Of a stretch of DNA of 62,834 nucleotides, positions 19,724-28,254 are shown one piece after another (position 1 is the stretch's first letter; each line of letters opens with the position of its first letter). Origin of the DNA: a virus (taxonomy: Duplodnaviria; Caudoviricetes); IMG/VR virus record IMGVR_UViG_3300005805_000089, positions 1 to 62,834 of that record. The stretch is one strand, 5' to 3'. A program made the translations under genes and the position numbers. The notes under the pieces are model-generated. The model was given only the letters and a program-made list of their open reading frames with translations, made no database searches and was not told the origin of the DNA.

Positions 19724-20545
19724 TTATGCACCAAATACTATCGCAAGTGCTGAAATTTTATTATCAACATAATCTTTTCTAGTTGAGTGTGAAGCTAATG
19801 TGGGTTGATCAGATATCAACACATTACCGGTAACTGTTATATCTCCTGTAACGTCGAGCCCAGTATCAACCGTTACGTCTGTAAATTTTGCTTTAGCTGG
19901 TGTTGATAACCCTATAGACATATTGTTTATCGAACCAACACTAGTAGTCGCAGCAGTTCCGCTAGATGTTACTGAACTTATTCCTTTGCCTAATGGTGTG
20001 GTTGTTAGCAAAGTTCCTACTGTGAGTAATAGATCATTGGTTGGTGATTCACCGCCGAGATAAGTTCCAGGTATAGCGATAGTATCGCCTGTGTCAAAAT
20101 CGTCTCCAGGCCCAATTATTGATACTGAATATATTCCAGCATTACGAGTGATATTAAATGTTGCACCATTTCCCGAAGTTGAGCTTGATACTACTCCGTA
20201 TGCATCAACCGATATATTTTCATAAGTTTCGATGCCGGTATTTTCTGAACTAGAAATCCTTACTTCACCGTTTACTATTGATATAATTGCTGAAGAACCA
20301 TTTGATATTACAACATCGCCATCGACATTAAGATATTGTAGAGTACCTAGTCTTTCAAGACTGCTGTTAGTAATACTATCGCCTAACGAAACACTAGAAT
20401 CACTAGCATTTAGTAGTTCTATGCCGTTAATGAGTAGTGATGGGACGTCTATAGATGCTGCGGAAAGTTCGCCGGTAGGGCTTACATTAAATCCGGGGCT
20501 TCGAAAACCGGTTTTTGACTCAAAAGGTATGTATGTTACTGCCAT
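19724..20545 (-). CDS. Virion structural / fibre-associated protein
   Basis: LGGESPTND module shared with the giant fibres; C-terminal TRKDYVD fibre-type motif. Confidence 0.65.
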   Translation of the reverse strand: MAVTYIPFESKTGFRSPGFNVSPTGELSAASIDVPSLLINGIELLNASDSSVSLGDSITNSSLERLGTLQYLNVDGDVVISNGSSAIISIVNGEVRISSSENTGIETYENISVDAYGVVSSSTSGNGATFNITRNAGIYSVSIIGPGDDFDTGDTIAIPGTYLGGESPTNDLLLTVGTLLTTTPLGKGISSVTSSGTAATTSVGSINNMSIGLSTPAKAKFTDVTVDTGLDVTGDITVTGNVLISDQPTLASHSTRKDYVDNKISALAIVFGA

Positions 20546-20614
20546 TAAAGGATCTCCGCTATTAATCCGACTTCAACTTCCACAAAGACTAACTGTATTT
20601 AGTCTAAGAGCATA

Positions 20615-21019
20615 TTATGGTACGAGTGGGTTAATTGTATGATAATACGTAGCACTAAAAATCAATTTGCTACCATTTACTCCTGGAGTACTAGGGTTAA
20701 CTATCAATGTTACTTTTGAATTGTTAACAGTGGCAGTTACATCTATTAGATTTTGTCCGAGATTTGAACGTCCAAACACATTTACGCTAGCTGTTCCTGG
20801 TCCAGCAACTACGATACACTTAACTATTTCTTTGTCGTTAGTATCTAAGTCAACAGATAATGTATATTCGGCACTGCAAAAATCACCTACGTACCAGGAA
20901 TCTACAATGGTATCTGGATAAACTAAAACCCAAGGACCTTTATAGGAAAAATTGGTACCATTAAGTAGTCTAAGAGTGCTTTTTAGACCTGCGGAAAAGT
21001 ATTTGGCAAAATTAATCAT
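20615..21019 (-). CDS. Hypothetical beta-rich structural protein
   Basis: Start MINFAKYF at 21019, 4 nt after ATAAATA. Confidence 0.6.
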   Translation of the reverse strand: MINFAKYFSAGLKSTLRLLNGTNFSYKGPWVLVYPDTIVDSWYVGDFCSAEYTLSVDLDTNDKEIVKCIVVAGPGTASVNVFGRSNLGQNLIDVTATVNNSKVTLIVNPSTPGVNGSKLIFSATYYHTINPLVP

Positions 21020-21034
21020 ACTGTATTTATCAGT

Positions 21035-21064
21035 AAACAAAAAGGCTCCGGAGAGCCTTTTGTT
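21035..21064 (-). terminator. Intrinsic terminator after the carbamoyltransferase
   Basis: AAAAGGCTC-loop-GAGCCTTTT; nearly identical to the terminator after gp23. Confidence 0.8.
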
Positions 21065-22862
21065 ATTTGTTTGCTATCTTGATTAATTTACCGTATTCTG
21101 GTAGATATAGATATTCAATGTCGCTTTGTCGTAGTGTTTCTACAGCATCAAATAGTGTTTCTACTAAAGGATCCCCACCTAGATTAAAGCTGGTATTGAA
21201 TATAATTGGGCAACCTGTTTGATCATAGAATGTTTTGATCAAATCATAATAGTGTTTGTTCTGTTCTTGTGTAACTGTTTGTATACGACAAGTACCATCT
21301 ACGTGTATAATAGCTGGAATCTTTTCTTCAATACCCGGTTGACAGTTAACAGCATACATCATTGTAGGACTTTCATCCATACCTCGAAGATCAAACCATT
21401 CATGTGCGTGTTCTGCTAAAATACTACCAGCAAATGGACGGAAATATTCACGACGTTTTACACTGTTAACAAAATCTTTACCATCTGGTACTCTAGGATC
21501 AAATAGAACTGAACGATTTCCTAACGCCCTTGGACCATTCTCTGAACGTCCTTGGAAAATTGTAACAATGTTCTTATTAACTAATAGTTCAACAATGTCG
21601 CTGTGTGCGGCATCTGTAATTTCAGCACCGTGAGATTCTACATAACCATTAATTTCATCATCGGTATAATGGTATTGAGGTCCTAAGTATAGTGTATCGC
21701 TGCGTTTGGCCACAGTAGTATCTTCACTAAATGCTCTCCAGAACATTAACCCAGCACCAATAGCGGTACCTGCATCATTACTTACTGGTTCACAATATAG
21801 TTCAATACCTTCATCTTTTAAAGCATCAAGATAATGATAGTTAGCCACACAGTTAAGACCAAATCCGCCACTGATAACTACCTGCTTACGACCAGTCATT
21901 TCAACAGCTTTTCGAATTAATTTAACAACTTGATCTTGTGTTTGTGTTTGGCAAGCGTAAGCTAAATCTCTACGATTTTGAAGTTTAGTAATATCGTCTG
22001 CAATACTTTCTTGTAAAAATTCAAATAACGGAGCATTGATTTGAGCACCATTGGGATATGTTGGTACTATTAGATTTCTATTTGATAAAGGATATATTCC
22101 GGTTTCATCAAACAATTTAGGAATCTTGTCATTTGGTTTGCCGTAAGGAAATAATCCCATAGTCTTACCAGCTTCAATACTTGACCATCCGCAATATTGT
22201 GTGACCGCTTCATACACTTTGGTAATACCTGCACGTTCACTAACAATACATTCGTGTGTGCCTTCTTCTGCATAGGCTGATCCATCAAAATCAGTAACCA
22301 TTCCTCCGACATTAGGACCTGCCAATCCAATATGTTTGAATACTGTATCAAACTTACTTGGATAATCGCAGTTCACTATAGTTTCAACCTCCCAACCGAT
22401 AACTGTTTGATTGTCGATCTGTAATGGAATATATGTACCAGCACCGTCAACGATGACTGCTACCGCTTGATCAAATCCTGAACGATAAAATGCACAAGCG
22501 GCATGTAATTTATGATGGATTTTTGATAGATCAACTACCTGCGGGTGTTGACGACCTCTAACTTTTTGATCGATCAACCCTAATTTTCTAGCCAGCCCAG
22601 TATACATGTCGTCGCCTGAATAGTCAATTCGACCAGCTGTTTCTTCTAGTGTTTGTGTATGTGCTACAACGAGATAATCGATCTTATCTGTATAATCTAA
22701 AATCTTAACCATTGATGCTAATGGTCCGCCATCATATTTGGCTCTAGTTAGCCGTTCTTCTTCAATGCTAAAAACTATTTCGCCATCTTTTAATAAACAG
22801 ATACCGGAGTTGTGTCCGCGGGCAATAGCTGCAATCCAAACAGGTTTCTTATTTGTCGTCAT
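21063..22862 (-). CDS. Carbamoyltransferase, NodU/CmcH/TobZ family
   Basis: EEERLTR, HHKLHA, GKTMGL, SGGFGLNC, NDAGTAIGA, GPRALGNRS, KRREYFRPFA, HVDGTCRIQTV, NTSFN. Confidence 0.95.
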   Translation of the reverse strand: MTTNKKPVWIAAIARGHNSGICLLKDGEIVFSIEEERLTRAKYDGGPLASMVKILDYTDKIDYLVVAHTQTLEETAGRIDYSGDDMYTGLARKLGLIDQKVRGRQHPQVVDLSKIHHKLHAACAFYRSGFDQAVAVIVDGAGTYIPLQIDNQTVIGWEVETIVNCDYPSKFDTVFKHIGLAGPNVGGMVTDFDGSAYAEEGTHECIVSERAGITKVYEAVTQYCGWSSIEAGKTMGLFPYGKPNDKIPKLFDETGIYPLSNRNLIVPTYPNGAQINAPLFEFLQESIADDITKLQNRRDLAYACQTQTQDQVVKLIRKAVEMTGRKQVVISGGFGLNCVANYHYLDALKDEGIELYCEPVSNDAGTAIGAGLMFWRAFSEDTTVAKRSDTLYLGPQYHYTDDEINGYVESHGAEITDAAHSDIVELLVNKNIVTIFQGRSENGPRALGNRSVLFDPRVPDGKDFVNSVKRREYFRPFAGSILAEHAHEWFDLRGMDESPTMMYAVNCQPGIEEKIPAIIHVDGTCRIQTVTQEQNKHYYDLIKTFYDQTGCPIIFNTSFNLGGDPLVETLFDAVETLRQSDIEYLYLPEYGKLIKIANK

Positions 22863-23796
22863 CGGTATTTTTTCCTAACACTGTGTCAATAACAATATCT
22901 AAAATTTCAGGAGTCATGGTCATAATTCCTTCGTGTTTTCTGCTGATTCTTTCATCAGGAACAATCCTGATAGGATCATATTCTCTATTAATTTCTCCCA
23001 TATCAAGAACTTGAAAGTATGGACAGTCTGGATATGTGATGTTAATAGGATATGTAGGACCAGTAATAATAGTAGTTGGAGTTTCCATAGTGTAGGCTAA
23101 ATGTTGTCCTAGACTATCACATCCTAAGAAATGATCTGAATATTTGATAATTGATGCCCACACTCTAATAGGCACATTTTCAGGCATTGCTACTTCGTCT
23201 TTTAGTTTTAAATCTTTAAGATCAATAGCGAACTCGCTCATTAGAATAATTCCGAATCCATTTTCTTGTAATTTTTTAATAATTGCTTTTACGTCTTTGT
23301 ATTCAAAACTCCTACTAGATTTATCAACGAATGATCCATCAATATGTTCAATACCACGACCAAATGGTTGTAATACTATTAGTTTTTCTTTCTTGAGTTT
23401 TTCTTTAACTTCATTAACTAATTTTCGACCGGCTAAAAATTCGTCTTTGCTTAATCTAAGAGTAGGTTTTGATAATTCTCGTATACCTTTTTTGTTAATT
23501 TCAATATCAAATGCTTGGCTTAAATTACATTTTTGATTGAAATATTCCCAAAGCCTATACGGCTCTGGACTTACCAAATCCATGTCTTTTAATTTATCTT
23601 TGAATAGATCTTTGTGCCAATGATCATAAACTCTTGAATCTAAAGTAGGATGTCCTTTGAATATTTCAGACCCCCCTTCGCATATGATAAGAAAATCTTT
23701 ATCCCCAGATTCTTCTTCGTATTTTTCAAATGCTGGAATTGAGCAAACAACTCTTCCTGCACCGCCGTTAATAAAAAATGCTTTAGATCTACTCAT
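22849..23796 (-). CDS. GT-B glycosyltransferase, GT9 (heptosyltransferase)-like
   Basis: N-terminal GGAGRVVCSIPA (cf. GxGD...P) and FLGCDSLGQHLAY...PTTIITGPT (cf. GT9 DSGPMHLA...P...FGPT). Confidence 0.7.
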   Translation of the reverse strand: MSRSKAFFINGGAGRVVCSIPAFEKYEEESGDKDFLIICEGGSEIFKGHPTLDSRVYDHWHKDLFKDKLKDMDLVSPEPYRLWEYFNQKCNLSQAFDIEINKKGIRELSKPTLRLSKDEFLAGRKLVNEVKEKLKKEKLIVLQPFGRGIEHIDGSFVDKSSRSFEYKDVKAIIKKLQENGFGIILMSEFAIDLKDLKLKDEVAMPENVPIRVWASIIKYSDHFLGCDSLGQHLAYTMETPTTIITGPTYPINITYPDCPYFQVLDMGEINREYDPIRIVPDERISRKHEGIMTMTPEILDIVIDTVLGKNTDDDK

Positions 23797-23817
23797 TCAA
23801 AAGTTCCTGTCAAAATA

Positions 23818-23868
23818 AAAGGTCTTGTGTTTATTATATAGCATTTCTGCTATACGCACAAGACCTTT
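23818..23868. repeat. Nested inverted repeat (12-bp outer arms, 7-bp inner arms, GAAA loop on minus)
   Basis: AAAGGTCTTGTG...CACAAGACCTTT enclosing TATAGCA-4 nt-TGCTATA; U-rich tail on minus. Confidence 0.85.
23833..23861 (-). promoter_or_regulatory. Sigma70-like promoter embedded in an inverted repeat, upstream of the glycosyltransferase/carbamoyltransferase pair
   Basis: TTGTGC-17 nt-TATAAT inside the 23818-23868 palindrome. Confidence 0.5.
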
Positions 23869-23883
23869 CTTGAATGTTTTTAC

Positions 23884-24528
23884 TTAGATAACTGGTGGGG
23901 TATCAAGTGGAAATGGAATTTTCCAATGATCTACATCGTGGAATGTTGTTTCCAAATTGTCTAGCCAATCAGCATATTCTTGTAATTTGGTTTTATCTTC
24001 TGCTGAATATTCGTCTGCATGTTCTGCCAAAGATTTTTTAATAGCATCGGCCTGCGTTTTAAATGCAGCAAAACTATTTTCACGCGAATTTGCATGCAAT
24101 CTATATCTTGGAGGTGTAAATTCCTTGCTAACTGTATTATATTTTAAATCCATTTGATAGAAGCATTGTGAAATACCACCTGTGAAGTCATCATAATGAT
24201 ATGACCATGATCCTAACTCACGAGGCAATTCGAAAGTTGGATCCACAATTTCATCATGCGTGTATGATTTAGTTAGATAAGCAGCTTCGAAAGGATTTTT
24301 GTCAGCGTCGATAATAAAGAATGTATGTCCTTCTTCGTGGAATCTTTCAAACTCTAGCCCTTCTAAAGTGTCTGATCCGTTTACTGCGTTCTGAACGATA
24401 CTGGTAGAATTTTCTAATCGAGCAACTAGATATCTTGGACCAGTATATTCAGCATTGATTACCTGATTCAGGGCAGTCGTATCTTTGTACGGTTCATCCG
24501 GTAAAATAAATGTAAATGCTTTTTTCAT
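23884..24528 (-). CDS. Hypothetical protein, possible tail fibre assembly chaperone
   Basis: C-terminal KLQEYADWLDNLE...WKIPFP resembles the end of Tfa-type chaperones; follows the Cys-rich triplet. Confidence 0.45.
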   Translation of the reverse strand: MKKAFTFILPDEPYKDTTALNQVINAEYTGPRYLVARLENSTSIVQNAVNGSDTLEGLEFERFHEEGHTFFIIDADKNPFEAAYLTKSYTHDEIVDPTFELPRELGSWSYHYDDFTGGISQCFYQMDLKYNTVSKEFTPPRYRLHANSRENSFAAFKTQADAIKKSLAEHADEYSAEDKTKLQEYADWLDNLETTFHDVDHWKIPFPLDTPPVI

Positions 24529-24553
24529 TTTCTTCCTCTTTGTTTAATTCAAG

Positions 24554-25525
24554 TTAACTAGCAATGTATTTAATTCTTACTGAACCCCAACCACCTCGAG
24601 TTCCATGATCGCGAACGTCACCGCAAGGTTGTGGAGGTAAACCACCAGCACCAATAGGCAACATCGTAGAACATCCTTGCATTTCATAACATCCACATGA
24701 CCTATCTGCACGCCATGGATATGATTTCGGATTACCACGTTTTGGAGATCTGGTTAATGCACTGACCGCTGTAAAGTACGGAAATAATGCACCACCTGAC
24801 CATTGTGTAGCTGGGGTGCCATCTGAGTCAGCAGCATATGATACTACAGCACCATTTTCTGCAACTAACCCCGGAGCATAAGCAGCGTGATATGTATAGA
24901 AACATACGCAATTTGGGCAGCAACCGTGGAATGATGTGCAACCAATAACACCACAGCAGTTAACGTCGCCGCCGTAGGCTAATGCTTCCCATGCGCCTGA
25001 GCATTGATTACATATTAATCCGCAATTGTCATTTCTCGGACCTGTTCCACAGAATCCGTTGGCGAAATAACAACACCAAGCTGATGTACCTGTTGAGCAA
25101 AATGCTGTACCACCTCTACCACCTCGGGCACAGATACATCCACTTGTTCCGCTACCAAACCAGCATAATCCGGTTGGGTCTGAACAACCACTAAAACATA
25201 ATACGTGTGAATAAGAAGGAAAACCTATAGTTCCGCATACATAACAACCTGCCTGAACTGTAACTGTTTTCTTAGCATACGCACCAGAGTTTCCAGGTAA
25301 TCCGTAACCGCAGCAGCACATACGAGCACCAGGCCCACCAGGTCCCCATGCTTCAATAACTGCTGTTCCTGTGCCTGGTGCTCTCCAGCAAAATCCTGAT
25401 ACAAAGTTTGTATAGAATGTTCCCGGAGTATAAGACCAAATTTCACCAACTTCTAGATTTTCTTCAATTCTAGGAGTTGCTGCTGCTGCTGTTCTTAATA
25501 CGTTTGTTAGTGATCTAGCTGCCAT
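24554..25525 (-). CDS. Cys/Gly-rich protein, paralog 3 (candidate fibre tip/adhesin)
   Basis: About 29 Cys; IEAWGPGG...MCCCG..LPGNSGAY.KKT and C-terminal GG.G.VRIKYI glycine-rich-domain motifs. Confidence 0.75.
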   Translation of the reverse strand: MAARSLTNVLRTAAAATPRIEENLEVGEIWSYTPGTFYTNFVSGFCWRAPGTGTAVIEAWGPGGPGARMCCCGYGLPGNSGAYAKKTVTVQAGCYVCGTIGFPSYSHVLCFSGCSDPTGLCWFGSGTSGCICARGGRGGTAFCSTGTSAWCCYFANGFCGTGPRNDNCGLICNQCSGAWEALAYGGDVNCCGVIGCTSFHGCCPNCVCFYTYHAAYAPGLVAENGAVVSYAADSDGTPATQWSGGALFPYFTAVSALTRSPKRGNPKSYPWRADRSCGCYEMQGCSTMLPIGAGGLPPQPCGDVRDHGTRGGWGSVRIKYIAS

Positions 25526-25528
25526 ATG

Positions 25529-26512
25529 TTAAGTACTCGCTATAAATTTAATTCTAACGCCACCGTGACCGCCACGGAAGCCTTGTGATCTATGATCGCC
25601 ACATGGATGAGCCGGGCCACCACCTACGCCTACAGGCATAAACGGTATGCAACCTTGTGCTTCGTAACATCCACATGTTCTATTACCTGTCCAACAGGCA
25701 TTATAGAATCCGCCTTGTGTTGGATTTTTTCCTGCCGCATTGATCGCTGATATCGCTTCAAATAATCCCATACCTGTCCAGCTTTCAGCACCATTATCAT
25801 TTTCTGTTTGATATGTAACAGTTGTTCCGCCAGTGCTGATAAAGCCAGGTGGAATGTATATATGATATTGAAATTGGCAGACACAGTTAGGAAGGCAACC
25901 AAAGAAACTAGCACAGTTAAATTTACCAAAGCAGTTGATATCACCGCCGTATGCTTGGGCGCAACATCCACCTGTGCCTGGACCGTAGTTACATGCTACT
26001 CCACAGTTTTCGTTTAATGTTTTAGTTGTGCAAAAGTTGTTGGCTGTAAAGCAGCAGTATCCAGATGGAGTAGTTGAACAAAATGTAGTGCCTCCACGGC
26101 CGCCTTGTGCGCAGATACATCCGTTGGTTGTTGAGCTAAACCAGCAGACCTGTGTGGGTTCCGAACATCCTCTAAAGTTTTGTGCATCAGCATTACCGCA
26201 GCTAAATCCAACAACGCCCTGAACATAGTTTGATCCAGTTACTGTGATTGTTTTTTTAGCATATGATCCTGAGTTACCCGGAATACCAAATCCACAGCAA
26301 CATGTACGAGCTCCCGAACCACCTGCACCCCAAACTTCAATAATTGCTGTACCAGCACCCGGTGAACGCCAGCAAAAACAACCGTTAGGCCACATTTTTG
26401 TTCTAACGTTAGTTTCAGTATACATCCAGACGCGACCTGTTTCTAGGTTCTCTTCTGAAGAGTTTCCTGTCCTTGCTAGTTTAGTTTGTAATACTGACTT
26501 TAATGATGGCAT
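25529..26512 (-). CDS. Cys/Gly-rich protein, paralog 2
   Basis: About 28 Cys; colinear with both neighbours. Confidence 0.75.
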   Translation of the reverse strand: MPSLKSVLQTKLARTGNSSEENLETGRVWMYTETNVRTKMWPNGCFCWRSPGAGTAIIEVWGAGGSGARTCCCGFGIPGNSGSYAKKTITVTGSNYVQGVVGFSCGNADAQNFRGCSEPTQVCWFSSTTNGCICAQGGRGGTTFCSTTPSGYCCFTANNFCTTKTLNENCGVACNYGPGTGGCCAQAYGGDINCFGKFNCASFFGCLPNCVCQFQYHIYIPPGFISTGGTTVTYQTENDNGAESWTGMGLFEAISAINAAGKNPTQGGFYNACWTGNRTCGCYEAQGCIPFMPVGVGGGPAHPCGDHRSQGFRGGHGGVRIKFIAST

Positions 26513-26528
26513 TTTTTAACCCTATAAA

Positions 26529-27512
26529 CTAATTTGCTATAAATTTAATTCTAATTGCGCCGTCGCCGCCTGTGCTACCGTGATCTCGAACACCTGGACA
26601 GGGGAAAGGCATAGAACCTGGGAACCCTACAGGATTAGATCTAACACAGCTATTGTCGTTGTAGCAACCGCAACCACCACTGAAGCCCCAGCAACTTGCA
26701 AAAGGAACCCCCATTGATGGCCATCTTGATGCTGCATTTACTGCACTCAATGATTGATGGAATCCTTGACCTGACCAGTTTGAAAATTCGTTACCGTCTT
26801 CTGTTCCGAATGTAATAGTAGCGCCACATTGGCTGATAATACCAGGACTAACTCCTAGATGTTGTGGCCATAAACAGATACACTGCGGTAAGCATCCATA
26901 GAAACCTACACAGCTAAATCCACCGCAGCAGTTAAAGTCGCCACCATATGCACAGGCTCTCCAGCTACCAGCGAATATATGACAGATCAATCCGCAGTTA
27001 TCAACACCAGGACTTTGTGTACCACAGAATCCGTTGGCGAAAAAACAGCACCAAGCCGATGGCGTTGTTGAACAAATACTTGTGCCGCCACGACCGCCTT
27101 GGGCACACATACATCCGCCTGTGACACCGGCATTGTCAACAGCATCGTTCCAACATAATCCAGTTGGGTCTGAGCAACCACGGAAACACAAATCGTCTGC
27201 GTTGGTGCAAGCACGACCTTGCATACCACACACATAACTTGAAGTTGTTACACGGATAGTTTTTTTAGAATAAGCACCTGGGTTTCCCGGTAATCCAAAT
27301 CCGCAGCAACACATTTCAGCGGAACTACCACTGGCTCCCCAAATTTCAATTTGAGCTATACCAGCACTTGGTGGTTTCCAACAAAAGCTACACCAAGCAT
27401 TACCAAATTGGTTGCCTGATGTGAATAGAAAAATCCTACCTTGTTCCAGATTTTGTTCTGCTGGTGGGAAGCTCGTGTTCTTAGTAGGTAAAAAAGCCGA
27501 TAATCTTGGCAT
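26529..27512 (-). CDS. Cys/Gly-rich protein, paralog 1
   Basis: About 31 Cys; colinear with both downstream paralogs. Confidence 0.75.
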   Translation of the reverse strand: MPRLSAFLPTKNTSFPPAEQNLEQGRIFLFTSGNQFGNAWCSFCWKPPSAGIAQIEIWGASGSSAEMCCCGFGLPGNPGAYSKKTIRVTTSSYVCGMQGRACTNADDLCFRGCSDPTGLCWNDAVDNAGVTGGCMCAQGGRGGTSICSTTPSAWCCFFANGFCGTQSPGVDNCGLICHIFAGSWRACAYGGDFNCCGGFSCVGFYGCLPQCICLWPQHLGVSPGIISQCGATITFGTEDGNEFSNWSGQGFHQSLSAVNAASRWPSMGVPFASCWGFSGGCGCYNDNSCVRSNPVGFPGSMPFPCPGVRDHGSTGGDGAIRIKFIAN

Positions 27513-27559
27513 AATTAATGTGTTTCCCTAATGTTATTAAACTGTGTTTAAATAAAATA

Positions 27560-27892
27560 TTAAACAGCAGCGTATACCCAACCGAATGTACCACCAGTGT
27601 AGATCAATGTAACCACAGTGTTATTCAAGTCGATGATTAAATCATCAGCTGCACCGTTGATTAATGCACCATTTCTAGCCACAGTGATGTTATTAGTAGC
27701 TGATGCGCCACCAATATCAATGATTTGGATAACGTCATTTTCTAACAAGGTCAACACAGCTGGTAACGTAATAGTAAACGCACCTGCGGTTGAATTTGCT
27801 AAAATTCGATCATTAACTGTAGCACTGAAAGTAGTGGTTGCAGTGCGAACTACTGTTCCTGCTGTACCGGTTGTTGTAATATATCTTCCCAT
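27560..27892 (-). CDS. Small fibre-associated protein (single domain like T4 gp34 N-terminal repeats)
   Basis: AFTITLPA...DVIQIID.GG...TNNITVARNG..I.G..DDL.ID...VTLIY...GW. Confidence 0.65.
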   Translation of the reverse strand: MGRYITTTGTAGTVVRTATTTFSATVNDRILANSTAGAFTITLPAVLTLLENDVIQIIDIGGASATNNITVARNGALINGAADDLIIDLNNTVVTLIYTGGTFGWVYAAV

Positions 27893-27919
27893 GTTATTAT
27901 TCCCTTGACTTTGTATTTA

Positions 27920-28240
27920 TTAGACTGTAGATGTTTCAATACCCATAGCTACCGCACTAACATTAGTAGCACTGGTTCTTACCACTAATATTTTGTTAGC
28001 ATCCATTACGATACCTGTTCTTTCTAGTACACCTTTAGCTAAAATTTCAGTATCATATTCAATGAATTCTGCGTTAGTCGGTGTTGAAGCTGATGCTACA
28101 GCTACTCTAACTGTTATCGCTGCGTTTCCTCTATTACAAATACTTAAAGTCACTACAGAAAAAGTATCTGCGGGTACTGTATATAGTGGGGTATTGGTAG
28201 CTGCGACTAAATCTGCTGCTCCTAATCTTCCTGTTGCCAT
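27920..28240 (-). CDS. Small beta-sandwich virion protein
   Basis: LYTVP...ICN...IEYDTEI pattern; similar to 41559-41891 and 48216-48743. Confidence 0.65.
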   Translation of the reverse strand: MATGRLGAADLVAATNTPLYTVPADTFSVVTLSICNRGNAAITVRVAVASASTPTNAEFIEYDTEILAKGVLERTGIVMDANKILVVRTSATNVSAVAMGIETSTV

Positions 28241-28254
28241 GTTTTAATTCTCCG

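Noticed and set aside
21063-23796. Host-derived LPS island or prophage boundary
   Set aside because: Composition matches the flanks, the genes are flanked by virion genes and share a terminator with the capsid gene; no integrase or att site seen
24554-27512. Possible diversity-generating retroelement or invertible tip cassette
   Set aside because: No reverse transcriptase, recombinase or adenine-specific near-identical repeat pair seen; paralogs are diverged throughout
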